A stretch of DNA of 64,000 bases, taken from Mycoplasma sp. CAG:776 (GTDB taxonomy: Bacteria > Bacillota_I > Bacilli_A > RF39 > UBA660). The notes below the pieces were generated by a model, which was given only the letters and a program-made list of their open reading frames with translations, was not told the origin of the DNA and did no database searches. The number at the start of each line of letters is the position of its first letter. The stretch's first letter is position 1. The position numbers were made by a program, and so were the translations under genes. Shown here piece after piece: positions 45,349 through 54,139 of this stretch. Where the stretch lies: NCBI GenBank assembly GCA_000438195.1, contig FR903078.1, forward strand, positions 73,845-137,844, written 5' to 3'.

Positions 45349-47707
45349 ATTGATCCCTTCCTTTAAAATCAAATTCAAATTCTGTAACTTCTTTCATGTC
45401 TATACCAAATTCTTTAATATATTTCTTATGCTTAGCTAGCATAATATCACAATAATCATTTAATTTAATTGCTTCTATAGAATTGATTTTTAAATGCTTA
45501 ATGGCTAATTTTACTAAATTGTATCGATCTATTTTATTTAAAACACGCATATCAAATGATGTTGTGATCGCTCCTTCTTCTACATATCCTCTTACATGTA
45601 AATTATTATTTGTCCTTTTATATGTTAGTTCATGAATTAAATTAGGATATCCATGAAAAGCAAAGATGATAGGCTTATCCTTTGTAAATAATTTATCATA
45701 TTCTAAATCACTTAAGCCGTGAGGATGATCTTCCTCTGAAACCAAACGCATCAAATCAATTATATTTACTACTCTTACCTTTATATTTGGAATATTTTTT
45801 CGTAATATTACAGAAGCAGCTAAAATTTCAAGATTTGGAGTATCCCCCGCACTTGCTAAAACAATATCGGGATTTCCCTCATCATTGCTAGCAAAATCTA
45901 GGATCCCTATTCCCTTTCGACAATGCTCAATTGCTCTATTTTGATCTAACCATTGATATGATAAATGTTTACTAGCTACAACAACATTTACATAATTCTT
46001 TGTTCGTGTAATATGATCAAAAGTAGAAAGTAAAGTATTTGCATCTATTGGTAGATAAATTCGTACTATTTCTGGTTTCTTAGTAACAATATGATTTAAA
46101 AATCCAGGATCTTGGTGTGTATAACCATTATGATCTTGTTGCCAGACATGACTTGATAAAATAATATTTAAACTAGATATCGGAGAACGCCAAGGTAATT
46201 CTTTACATATTTTTAACCATTTTGCATGTTGGGAGACCATCGAATCAATAATACGGCTAAAAGATTCATAGGTATGAAGAAAACCATGTCTTCCTGTTAA
46301 TAAATATCCTTCTAGCATTCCTTCACATGCATGTTCAGATAAAATAGTATCAATAATTGCTCCATTAGTATTTAAATATTCATCTGTTTCTATCGTCTCA
46401 CCATTCCATTTACGGTTTGTTACTTCAAAAACATGGCTTAGACGATTACTTAAAGCTTCATCTGGTCCAAAAATACGATAATTATTAGGATTTAATTTAA
46501 TAATATCACGAATGAAAGCGGATAATATCGTCATATCGCTTTCTTTTCTTGTTCCTGGTGTTTCAACATCTATTGTATAATTGCGATAATCAGGAATATT
46601 TAATTCTTTTAATAATAAACCACCATTTGCATGGACATTAGCACCCATTCGTAACTCTTTTTTAGGAATTAATTCTTGTAATCCTTTTTTTAAAGAACCA
46701 GTTTCATCAAATAATTCCCATGGACGATAGCTTTTTAGCCATTCTTCTAGAATTTCTAAATTCGTTTCATGTTCTTTATCAACTGCTACAGGTACTTGAT
46801 GAGCTCTAAAAGTTCCTTCTACGATTTTTTCTTCCACAATTTTAGGTCCTGTCCATCCTTTAGGGGTTTTTAAAACAATCATCGGCCAAAACGGTCTAGT
46901 TTGATCTTTTTGAGCTTTCTTTTTTATTTCTTGTACTTTCAAAACAATACTATCTAAAACCGTAGCCATTCTTTCATGAATTTGAGATTCATTTTCATAT
47001 TCTACAAAATACGGTTCCCATCCCATTCCTTCTAAATACATGGTTAATTCTTCTTTACTAATTCTTGCTAATATAGTTGGATTAGCAATTTTATATCCAT
47101 TTAAATGTAAAATAGGTAGAACTACACCATCAGTCAAAGGATTTAAAAATTTATTTAATTGCCAACTAGTAGCTAGCGGTCCTGTTTCTGCTTCACCATC
47201 CCCGATAATACATGTGGCCCAAAGGTCTGGATTATCTAAAACAGCTCCAAAAGCATGGGATAAACTATATCCTAGTTCTCCACCTTCATTTATACTTCCA
47301 GGTACTTCTGGTGCTACATGGCTTGATGTTCCTCCAGGAAAACTAAATCTTTTCATAAGTTTTTTTAATCCTTCTTCATCATATGTTATCTCGGGATAAA
47401 TTTCACTATATGTTCCTTCTAAATAAACATTCGAATAAGCTGCTCCACCACCATGACCAGGTCCAGAAATAAAAATCATATTCAAATCATTCTTTTTAAT
47501 AATTCGATTTAGGTGAACATAGCAAAAATTTTGACCAGGCGTTGTTCCCCAATGGCCAACTAATTTATTTTTTATATGTTCTAGTTTTAGTGGCTCTTTT
47601 AGTAAAGGATTATCCTTTAAATAAAGCTCACCCGCAGCTAAATAATTGGCTGCTCTAAAATAAGCATCTATTTTTTCTAATTCTAATGCACTTAATGTTC
47701 TTTTCAT
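45338..47707 (-). CDS. xfp: Xylulose-5-phosphate/fructose-6-phosphate phosphoketolase
   Basis: 789 aa; signatures EGGELGYSLSHAFGA, GDGEAETGPLATSW, HGFLHTYESF. Confidence 0.93.
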   Translation of the reverse strand: MKRTLSALELEKIDAYFRAANYLAAGELYLKDNPLLKEPLKLEHIKNKLVGHWGTTPGQNFCYVHLNRIIKKNDLNMIFISGPGHGGGAAYSNVYLEGTYSEIYPEITYDEEGLKKLMKRFSFPGGTSSHVAPEVPGSINEGGELGYSLSHAFGAVLDNPDLWATCIIGDGEAETGPLATSWQLNKFLNPLTDGVVLPILHLNGYKIANPTILARISKEELTMYLEGMGWEPYFVEYENESQIHERMATVLDSIVLKVQEIKKKAQKDQTRPFWPMIVLKTPKGWTGPKIVEEKIVEGTFRAHQVPVAVDKEHETNLEILEEWLKSYRPWELFDETGSLKKGLQELIPKKELRMGANVHANGGLLLKELNIPDYRNYTIDVETPGTRKESDMTILSAFIRDIIKLNPNNYRIFGPDEALSNRLSHVFEVTNRKWNGETIETDEYLNTNGAIIDTILSEHACEGMLEGYLLTGRHGFLHTYESFSRIIDSMVSQHAKWLKICKELPWRSPISSLNIILSSHVWQQDHNGYTHQDPGFLNHIVTKKPEIVRIYLPIDANTLLSTFDHITRTKNYVNVVVASKHLSYQWLDQNRAIEHCRKGIGILDFASNDEGNPDIVLASAGDTPNLEILAASVILRKNIPNIKVRVVNIIDLMRLVSEEDHPHGLSDLEYDKLFTKDKPIIFAFHGYPNLIHELTYKRTNNNLHVRGYVEEGAITTSFDMRVLNKIDRYNLVKLAIKHLKINSIEAIKLNDYCDIMLAKHKKYIKEFGIDMKEVTEFEFDFKGRDQYEL

Positions 47708-47865
47708 GTTATCACACTACCCTATTATTTATTATAACAAATTACATTTAAAAAAACCATATTAACTTATGGCTATCTGTCAATTATTTAAAAATGTTAC
47801 GTAATTGTTACGTAAATTAAAAACAAGTATTAAAAAATCCCGTAAATACGGGATAAATTACATAT

Positions 47866-47942
47866 TGGTGGAGAATGTGGGACTCGAACCCGCGACCCTC
47901 ACGGTGCAAGCGTGATGCTCTAGCCAACTGAGCTAATTCCCC
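47866..47942 (-). tRNA. tRNA-Ala (anticodon TGC)
   Basis: Acceptor GGGGAAT/ATTCTCC including the G3:U70 pair, anticodon arm TCACG-CTTGCAC-CGTGA, T-arm, encoded CCA. Confidence 0.9.
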
Positions 47943-48001
47943 AAAGAACATAACTATCTTATCATATGAGATAGTTAAAATCAAGAGTTTTTTTAAAAAA
48001 A

Positions 48002-48205
48002 TTAATTTTTTATTTTAACTAATCCTTTTTCAATCTCTTCTAAAGCTCTCCCTAGTTCTTTTTTATTTACATATTCATTTTCTTTCATTTGAAAATGTCT
48101 ATTTTCAAGCATTTGTTTACTTCTTCTTGAAGCAACATGTACTAGGATATACTTTGAATCTACAATATTTAGTAGTTTGTCTATTGATGGATATAACATA
48201 TTCAC
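48002..48205 (-). CDS. rpoZ: DNA-directed RNA polymerase omega subunit
   Basis: 67 aa; MLYPSIDKLLNIVDSKYILVHVASRRSKQM is the typical RpoZ N-terminus. Confidence 0.85.
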   Translation of the reverse strand: MNMLYPSIDKLLNIVDSKYILVHVASRRSKQMLENRHFQMKENEYVNKKELGRALEEIEKGLVKIKN

Positions 48206-48286
48206 CGCTCCCTTTTATATTATTATCATACTAAATATTTACACATTTATGAAGATAAATTGTCAATTATTGACATAATTTTACAT

Positions 48287-49006
48287 TTAAAACAAACGCA
48301 TTTGACCGTCTAGTTCTTCATTTTTTCTAGATTCTAACTCTTCTAAATGAAAGTATTCTGGATCGTCTTCATTTATCCTTTCTCGAAATGAGCTTTTCAA
48401 ATCTGCTTTTTTCTCCACCTTTATCTTCTCAGCCTTTTCATACTCTTCTAAATTTGAAATTAGCATTCCTAAGTCATATAATCCTTTATAGTTTATCTTT
48501 TTCTTGCCATTTACCTCTCGAAAGCAAACTTTATCTACAAACCGTCTCACTACATCGTAAAATTTATAATCAGCATAAGGATTAGACAAATATCCTCTAA
48601 ACGAATACATTTCACTAAATAAATTTTGGTAATTGCTGTAATGGCTGATAATTACTTGTAAAAAACCCGGTTTTTTAGCTATTCTGTAAATTATTTCCTC
48701 TAAATTTTTAAAATTTAAAAACTTAGAATTTTTCGCATATGGGATTTTTATGTATCGGTTGTATTCTCTATAATAAGTGATTATTAAACCATTTCCTACA
48801 TCTTTTAATTCCAATAGTCCTTTTGCTTGCAAAAATGTTTTTAATTGGGCTTCATTTTCAAATGCAGTTGTGAAAGTACATAATGCTTGCAAATTATTAT
48901 TTGAAGCCAATTTGTTATCAATTGTCTCTAAATTTATTCTACTAAATCGTAAACTGTTTTTAAAAATTTGCCCTTTATCTATTGCTAAAAAATATTTCAT
49001 AATCAT
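48287..49006 (-). CDS. Hypothetical protein
   Basis: 239-aa ORF; no recognisable motif; acidic C-terminus. Confidence 0.55.
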   Translation of the reverse strand: MIMKYFLAIDKGQIFKNSLRFSRINLETIDNKLASNNNLQALCTFTTAFENEAQLKTFLQAKGLLELKDVGNGLIITYYREYNRYIKIPYAKNSKFLNFKNLEEIIYRIAKKPGFLQVIISHYSNYQNLFSEMYSFRGYLSNPYADYKFYDVVRRFVDKVCFREVNGKKKINYKGLYDLGMLISNLEEYEKAEKIKVEKKADLKSSFRERINEDDPEYFHLEELESRKNEELDGQMRLF

Positions 49007-49036
49007 ACCTCATTGACTTTTATTATACACATTTTT

Positions 49037-49633
49037 TTAAATATAATCAATTAATAACGTTTTTAATAAAGCTTTATTCTTATTATCTTTAGTTAACTCT
49101 ATTATTTTTAATAGAAACGCAATATCTTTTTCAGGCTGTTCTAAATACATTTTAATCACATTTTTTAGAAAAAACTCTTCATCAAATATAAGCTTATTAA
49201 GATTTTTACTATAATTTAAAATCAATTTAATTTCCAGAAATATTTGATTATTATTTTTCATTTTATCATTTATTAGATTTTTCAAATATTGGTTAATTCC
49301 ACTATTTAAATCAAAAACATTAAAAAATTGGTCTTTAATTAATTGTTGATTATTAAGTGGTAAAGGTTGCAGAATCTCAAATATTTTTTTAATAGAATTA
49401 TTTTTTAATACTTCTACTATAAAATCTGTTACTAAGGGCGAAAAATCTATGTCTTTATTTAATTTATTCCATTTATATTTTGTCATTATGAAAATCCAAT
49501 TATTTATGCTTTTATTTTCATCTATTTTTATAAGCTCTTTTAAAATTGAAGATAAAGCTCTTATATCTTCATCAAATTCTATATCATCTTTTAAATCATG
49601 ATATAATTGTTCAATGAATGATGCTTTATCCAT
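49037..49633 (-). CDS. Hypothetical protein
   Basis: 198-aa ORF; predicted all-helical; no recognisable motif. Confidence 0.55.
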   Translation of the reverse strand: MDKASFIEQLYHDLKDDIEFDEDIRALSSILKELIKIDENKSINNWIFIMTKYKWNKLNKDIDFSPLVTDFIVEVLKNNSIKKIFEILQPLPLNNQQLIKDQFFNVFDLNSGINQYLKNLINDKMKNNNQIFLEIKLILNYSKNLNKLIFDEEFFLKNVIKMYLEQPEKDIAFLLKIIELTKDNKNKALLKTLLIDYI

Positions 49634-49749
49634 ACTATCACCTAATATAATTTTATCATATAAAGGTCTTATTGTAAAACATTATACATTTAAACTCCAA
49701 ATTGTTAATAATTACGTATTTTTTGAGAAAATTATTACTGGTGATATAT

Positions 49750-50196
49750 ATGAATTTTCCAAGAATGAAGGAAATCAGGGAAAATGCTGGTTTAAAGCAA
49801 AAAGATATTGCAGAAGCAATGAATGTTTCTAAAGGAAGCTATAGTATGTGGGAATGTGGAACAGATACTATTCCTCTAAAGAGATTAAATCAATTCTGTA
49901 ATTATTTTGATGTTTCTATTGATTATGTAGTCGGATTTAATGACAAAAAGAAATACGCAAATCAAAAACCAGATATTAAAATAAAGGTCACTGGTGAAAA
50001 TTTGAAAAAGATAAGACAAAAGAAAGGCTTAACTCAAGTGCAAATTTCTAATGAACTAAATATTAATCAACCAACTTGGAATCGTTATGAAAATGCTAAG
50101 AATTTAATTCTTACCACTACACTTTATGAGTTAGCTAAAAAATATCATTATTCTATAGATAAAATACTCGGAAAGGATAAAGATAGTGAGGAATAA
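49750..50196 (+). CDS. Tandem (double) XRE-type HTH transcriptional regulator
   Basis: From ATG 49750: LKQKDIAEAMNVSKGSYSMWE...SIDYVVG and LTQVQISNELNINQPTWNRYE...SIDKILG. Third paralog of this architecture. Confidence 0.8.
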   Translation: MNFPRMKEIRENAGLKQKDIAEAMNVSKGSYSMWECGTDTIPLKRLNQFCNYFDVSIDYVVGFNDKKKYANQKPDIKIKVTGENLKKIRQKKGLTQVQISNELNINQPTWNRYENAKNLILTTTLYELAKKYHYSIDKILGKDKDSEE

Positions 50197-50436
50197 GACT
50201 GGGATAAACCGGTCTTTTTTTATATTTTTTGGCATTTTGATAAACTCTTTTTAAATAGATTATTCTATTTTAGCTATCTTAATTATTTTATTGTTAAGGT
50301 AAAGTTCTAATTTTCATTTATAAAGCTATTTTATCGCCTTCATTTTTTATAGAAAAATGTAATAAAATACTTGATTTTTATATATAAATATAATATAATG
50401 AATATGCATTTTAAAAGTGCACTAACTAATGGAGAT

Positions 50437-50513
50437 GCGCCCTTAGCTCAATTGGATAGAGCGTTAGACTACGGATCTAAAGGTTAGGGGTTCGACTCCC
50501 TTAGGGCGCACCA
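50437..50513 (+). tRNA. tRNA-Arg (anticodon ACG)
   Basis: Acceptor GCGCCCT/AGGGCGC, anticodon arm TTAGA-CTACGGA-TCTAA, T-arm AGGGG-TTCGACT-CCCTT, encoded CCA. Confidence 0.9.
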
Positions 50514-50517
50514 TTAT

Positions 50518-50594
50518 CGAGAAGTAGCACAATTTGGTAGTGCACTTGGTTTGGGACCAAGGGGTTGCAGGTTCAAATCCTGTCTTCTCGACCA
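50518..50594 (+). tRNA. tRNA-Pro (anticodon TGG)
   Basis: Acceptor CGAGAAG/CTTCTCG, anticodon arm CTTGG-TTTGGGA-CCAAG, T-arm GCAGG-TTCAAAT-CCTGT, encoded CCA. Starts 4 nt after tRNA-Arg. Confidence 0.9.
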
Positions 50595-50715
50595 TGATTG
50601 AAAGAAATCTCATCTTATTGATGAGTTTTTTTATGCCTGCAATTCCCCTTGGTCTAAACAAGTGCTTCAAATATAAATTCGTTCAAATAATTTATAAAAA
50701 TTTTTAGCCTCTAAT

Positions 50716-51194
50716 TCAAAACTGATATAAATCTTTTTTAGTCCTACTTTTAAAAAAGCCTATTTTAAAACTTATTCGAATAGTTCCTTGTTCTATTAAT
50801 TCTATAAATTTATTAAAATTCTTTAATTTATAGTATTTTATTTGATAATATTTGTAATATTTCTTGTTATTCCTAGCTGTTGGCCAATCATATAAAATAT
50901 TTTTATTTGTTTCTTTATCTGGATATCCATATCTCATACATAACTCTTTCATTTCTATTCCGCTTGGTTTTAAATTAAATAATATAGTGTAAGAATTTGT
51001 ATATCCTAATTTTGTTTTGATTTCAATTCCGTTATAATCTGGCATATCTAAATTATCTTCTTTTTTTCCTAGAAGATCTTCTAAAGTCTTCCCTACTCCG
51101 GTATAACCTTTTCTTGTAGATTTTACATATCCAAGTCCAAGTGCTCTTATTTTTTAAATTCTTCATTTAATAATTCTAAATTTTTTGTTTGCAT
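50716..51194 (-). pseudogene. MvaI/BcnI-like restriction endonuclease remnant (frameshifted, probably C-terminally truncated)
   Basis: ATG 51194 (RBS GGAGGAAAA) gives MQTKNLELLNEEFKK*. After a shift in the A6 run (51150-51155) it continues IRALGLGYVKSTRKGYTGVGKTLEDLLGKKEDNLDMPDYNGIEIKTK.... This parallels the BcnI N-terminal G.vGq.lE..fG...D....E.K catalytic region. Confidence 0.55.
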
Positions 51195-51313
51195 TTTTCC
51201 TCCATCAGGAAATTATACTACAATATTTATTTTCTTTATGTCGAAGTTTGTCTATCTGTTTTTTAAACATTTAAAAAGCAAGAAATCATTTTTAATTCTT
51301 ACTCTATGTTTTC

Positions 51314-51652
51314 TTATTTAATTAATAAATATTTTTCTAAGTTTTCACAATAAATTTTTAAAATGTAATTATTCTCTGTTTTTAAATAATTTATGTTATC
51401 CTTAAATTCAAAGCCTCTTATTTGACTTTTATCTAATTCATAAACCATTTCATATTTAGGTTTGTAGGAACTCATTATGATAGGCCAGTATCTAAAATCA
51501 AATCTATTTATATCTTGAAATAAAAGAAGCCTTTTATTTGTTATACATATAGCTAAAGTGTACTTATTATCTTCAGCATAAACTAATATATCTTCTAATG
51601 TGATAATAATATGTTCATTTTCTTTTAATTCTATATTGGCTAAATTTATAAT
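51314..51652 (-). CDS. Hypothetical protein, ORF without canonical start (possible ATT/ATA start)
   Basis: 113 open codons by hand translation: (I)INLANIELKENEHIIITLEDILVYAEDNKYTLAICITNKRLLLFQD...YILKIYCENLEKYLLIK*. AGAGGTG lies 7 nt upstream of ATT 51652. No ATG/GTG/TTG near the 5' end. Confidence 0.35.
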   Translation of the reverse strand: MINLANIELKENEHIIITLEDILVYAEDNKYTLAICITNKRLLLFQDINRFDFRYWPIIMSSYKPKYEMVYELDKSQIRGFEFKDNINYLKTENNYILKIYCENLEKYLLIK

Positions 51653-51681
51653 AAAAGAGCACCTCTTCTTCTTACTTTTTA

Positions 51682-51985
51682 CTATAAAATTATAAAATAT
51701 AAAACGATACTCATAATTAAAAAAATAATATAAGATCTAGCAGAATTCTGGATATTAATATTTTCATCTTTACTAAATGCAAAAACTAATAATATAATCC
51801 ACCCTATTATAGGAATTGAGAATACAATTTGGTATCCTAAATATCCCCACATAGTAATTGGCTTATATTGCTCAGGAATATTTTCTTCGCTTATTAAATA
51901 ATTCCATATTTCTCTTTTGATTTCCACAATTATAGCAAATATTAGACCCTTTTCTTATCTTTTCTCCGCATTTCTCACAATACAT
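51682..51985 (-). pseudogene. Zinc-ribbon membrane protein, apparently frameshifted
   Basis: ATG 51985 gives MYCEKCGEKIRKGSNICYNCGN... (CxxC...CxxC zinc ribbon), stopping after 37 aa. The TM part (track ORF 51682-51927, ...MWGYLGYQIVFSIPIIGWIILLVFAF...) is in another frame that is open from 51954. Confidence 0.45.
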
Positions 51986-52011
51986 ATAATCCTACACTCA
52001 CTTTCATTTGT

Positions 52012-52437
52012 TTATTCTTCTTTAAATTCTATTATTTCTAATAAGTCTTCAGCATCAATTTTATGCATCTTTTTATCACTATCAAAAGAAATATATCCTT
52101 TATTTTCTTCATAGTAATAAAAAGCAATACTAGTTATTATTTTATTTTTCTTATCTAATAGCTTTAAACGATATTCTGGAAGTCCTTCATATGTAATGAT
52201 TTCTTCTGACTCTGACTCTTTATAATTTGAAATAATTTCGATTATATTATCAATGTCTTTTTTATTGGTAATTTCTTTTTCTTTTTTGGGATTTTTTATA
52301 GGATCACCTGTAGTTATTTCATTCACTATAATTTTTTTAGTTTTGGATAATTCATCTGTTTTAATAAATGTTAAAAAAAGAATGATTGCAATAATTAAAA
52401 CAATACAAATTATTGATATCAATATTTTCTTTTTCAT
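52012..52437 (-). CDS. Membrane-anchored hypothetical protein
   Basis: 141 aa; N-terminal TM (ILISIICIVLIIAIILFLTF) plus a small extracytoplasmic domain. Confidence 0.6.
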   Translation of the reverse strand: MKKKILISIICIVLIIAIILFLTFIKTDELSKTKKIIVNEITTGDPIKNPKKEKEITNKKDIDNIIEIISNYKESESEEIITYEGLPEYRLKLLDKKNKIITSIAFYYYEENKGYISFDSDKKMHKIDAEDLLEIIEFKEE

Positions 52438-52521
52438 AACTCCTCCTATTTCTTAGTTTCATTATACCATACAGAAAATTTATTTTCTATTAAAATAAAA
52501 AAATAGAGCATCACTACTCTA

Positions 52522-53115
52522 TTATAAATATTTTTCTAACAATTCTGTTAAAGTTTCGGCATTTCTATAACCAAAGAAGCCTTCTACTACTTTTCCGTCT
52601 TTAATAACAATTGTTGCTGGTGTAAAGCCATTTTCCACAAATAAATCTCCTAATTTACCTTTTTCGCCATTTGCTGTTGCTTCAATTGTTATTTTATCTG
52701 TTAATTCTTTTACTTGTTTTAATAAAGCTTTTCCTTCATCTGTATTTTTCTTTTGACTATTCCAAATATTAGCAATTGTATTAACATCTAAATAGTTAGT
52801 AGTAAATCCTAAATCTTCTTGTACTTCATTTAATACTGGTACAAATTGGCGACAATAAGTACAAGCACTACGTCCCATGTATAAAACATGTGTTCCTTTT
52901 TCATCAAATAATGCTACTGCTTCTTCTAAATCTACTTCATTCATTTCACTTACATCATATTCTGTATCACTTGTTGCACTTCCACCTGATGTACCTTTAT
53001 TAGTAGTTTCAGTTGTAGTTGTTCCATCTTTAAAATATAAACCAATGATTAAAATAAACATAATGATAAAACCTAGTATCACAATAAATGTTAAATTTTT
53101 AATTTTTTCTTCCAT
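52522..53115 (-). CDS. Membrane-anchored thioredoxin-family protein with CxxC (bacteriocin-transport-accessory-like)
   Basis: 197 aa; N-terminal TM, Thr/Ser linker, then THVLYMGRSACTYCRQFVPVL...TPATIVIKDGKVVEGFFG, a Trx fold with CTYC. Confidence 0.75.
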   Translation of the reverse strand: MEEKIKNLTFIVILGFIIMFILIIGLYFKDGTTTTETTNKGTSGGSATSDTEYDVSEMNEVDLEEAVALFDEKGTHVLYMGRSACTYCRQFVPVLNEVQEDLGFTTNYLDVNTIANIWNSQKKNTDEGKALLKQVKELTDKITIEATANGEKGKLGDLFVENGFTPATIVIKDGKVVEGFFGYRNAETLTELLEKYL

Positions 53116-53188
53116 ATTTGTTCCTCCTCATAAATACGTAAAGTATTATACCTTTATTTCTTAAAAAAAGCAAGTCTTTTCCACTTGC

Positions 53189-53557
53189 TTAGTCCACTAC
53201 TGTTGCTGTAACATTATTTTTTTTCTCATCGTATTCTAGTTTTACTTTTTTATCATTAAAATTTTTAGATGAATCAGTTGGGTCTGTTAAAACACCTGAT
53301 TCATTTCCTGCTAAATATCCAGCTTCTATCAAATCATCTACACTAATATATGTTGTATTTGTTTCTTCAAACAATGTTGTATTTGCTAAAGCATAGTCCT
53401 CTGCTTGTACTTCAATTAAATATTCTACCTCTTCTATTGCTTCATTTTTATCTATTGCAAAAGCATATGACGTATGATTAATTGTTATAAATGCTACTAT
53501 TCCTAATAATACAATTACTACTAATATCTCTATTTTTGAATATCCTAACTTATTCAT
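53189..53557 (-). CDS. Prepilin-type N-terminal cleavage/methylation domain protein (ComGC/pseudopilin-like)
   Basis: 122 aa; MNKLG|YSKIEILVVIVLLGIVAFITI has a class III signal with Glu at +5. Confidence 0.75.
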   Translation of the reverse strand: MNKLGYSKIEILVVIVLLGIVAFITINHTSYAFAIDKNEAIEEVEYLIEVQAEDYALANTTLFEETNTTYISVDDLIEAGYLAGNESGVLTDPTDSSKNFNDKKVKLEYDEKKNNVTATVVD

Positions 53558-53648
53558 TCCTTTACCACCTTGTTAAGTATAACATATGTCTATTTATTTT
53601 TAAAGAGTTTCTAAGGACACTTTCTTTTATTTTTTTATATATTTGACA

Positions 53649-54119
53649 TTATTTTGTAAACTTAGCGATAACTTGATACTCTTTAGTTAATTTTTCTAAA
53701 TTAAAAGTTGCATTTGCAGGGCTTGTACTTGGAAGAACTACAGATGGAATTTTAATGTCTTGCATATATTTTTTGTATAAGTTCGCTGCTGTTTTCCCGT
53801 TTAAAAATATTATTTTTATTTCTGATGACTTTAAAATTTCGCTAATATCATTAGGCACTACTTCTTTTATTGAAGCATCACTAGATCCTTTTATTTCGCA
53901 GGAAGCACACACATCAAATAAAGCAATATGATTTTTCTTTAAAAATTCTTGCTTATTTTCAATCGTTTCATTAAAAATATTACTTAAAACTTTCCAAAAG
54001 CGATTTTGTGGATGAGCATAATAAAATCCGGCTTCACGTGATTTGATACTAGGAAATGAACCTAATATTAATATTTTTGAATCCTTATTATAAAAAGGTT
54101 TTATTGTGTGATATTCCAT
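53649..54119 (-). CDS. Uracil-DNA glycosylase superfamily protein, family-6 (hypoxanthine/deoxyinosine glycosylase)-like
   Basis: 156 aa; ILILGSFPSIKS...FYYAHPQNRFW motif. Confidence 0.75.
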   Translation of the reverse strand: MEYHTIKPFYNKDSKILILGSFPSIKSREAGFYYAHPQNRFWKVLSNIFNETIENKQEFLKKNHIALFDVCASCEIKGSSDASIKEVVPNDISEILKSSEIKIIFLNGKTAANLYKKYMQDIKIPSVVLPSTSPANATFNLEKLTKEYQVIAKFTK

Positions 54120-54139
54120 AACATTTTAAAAAGATAAGA

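Noticed and set aside
50464-50670. 68-aa minus-strand ORF
   Set aside because: It overlaps both tRNA-Arg(ACG) and tRNA-Pro(TGG) on the opposite strand. The GC-rich tRNA sequence keeps the frame open by chance.
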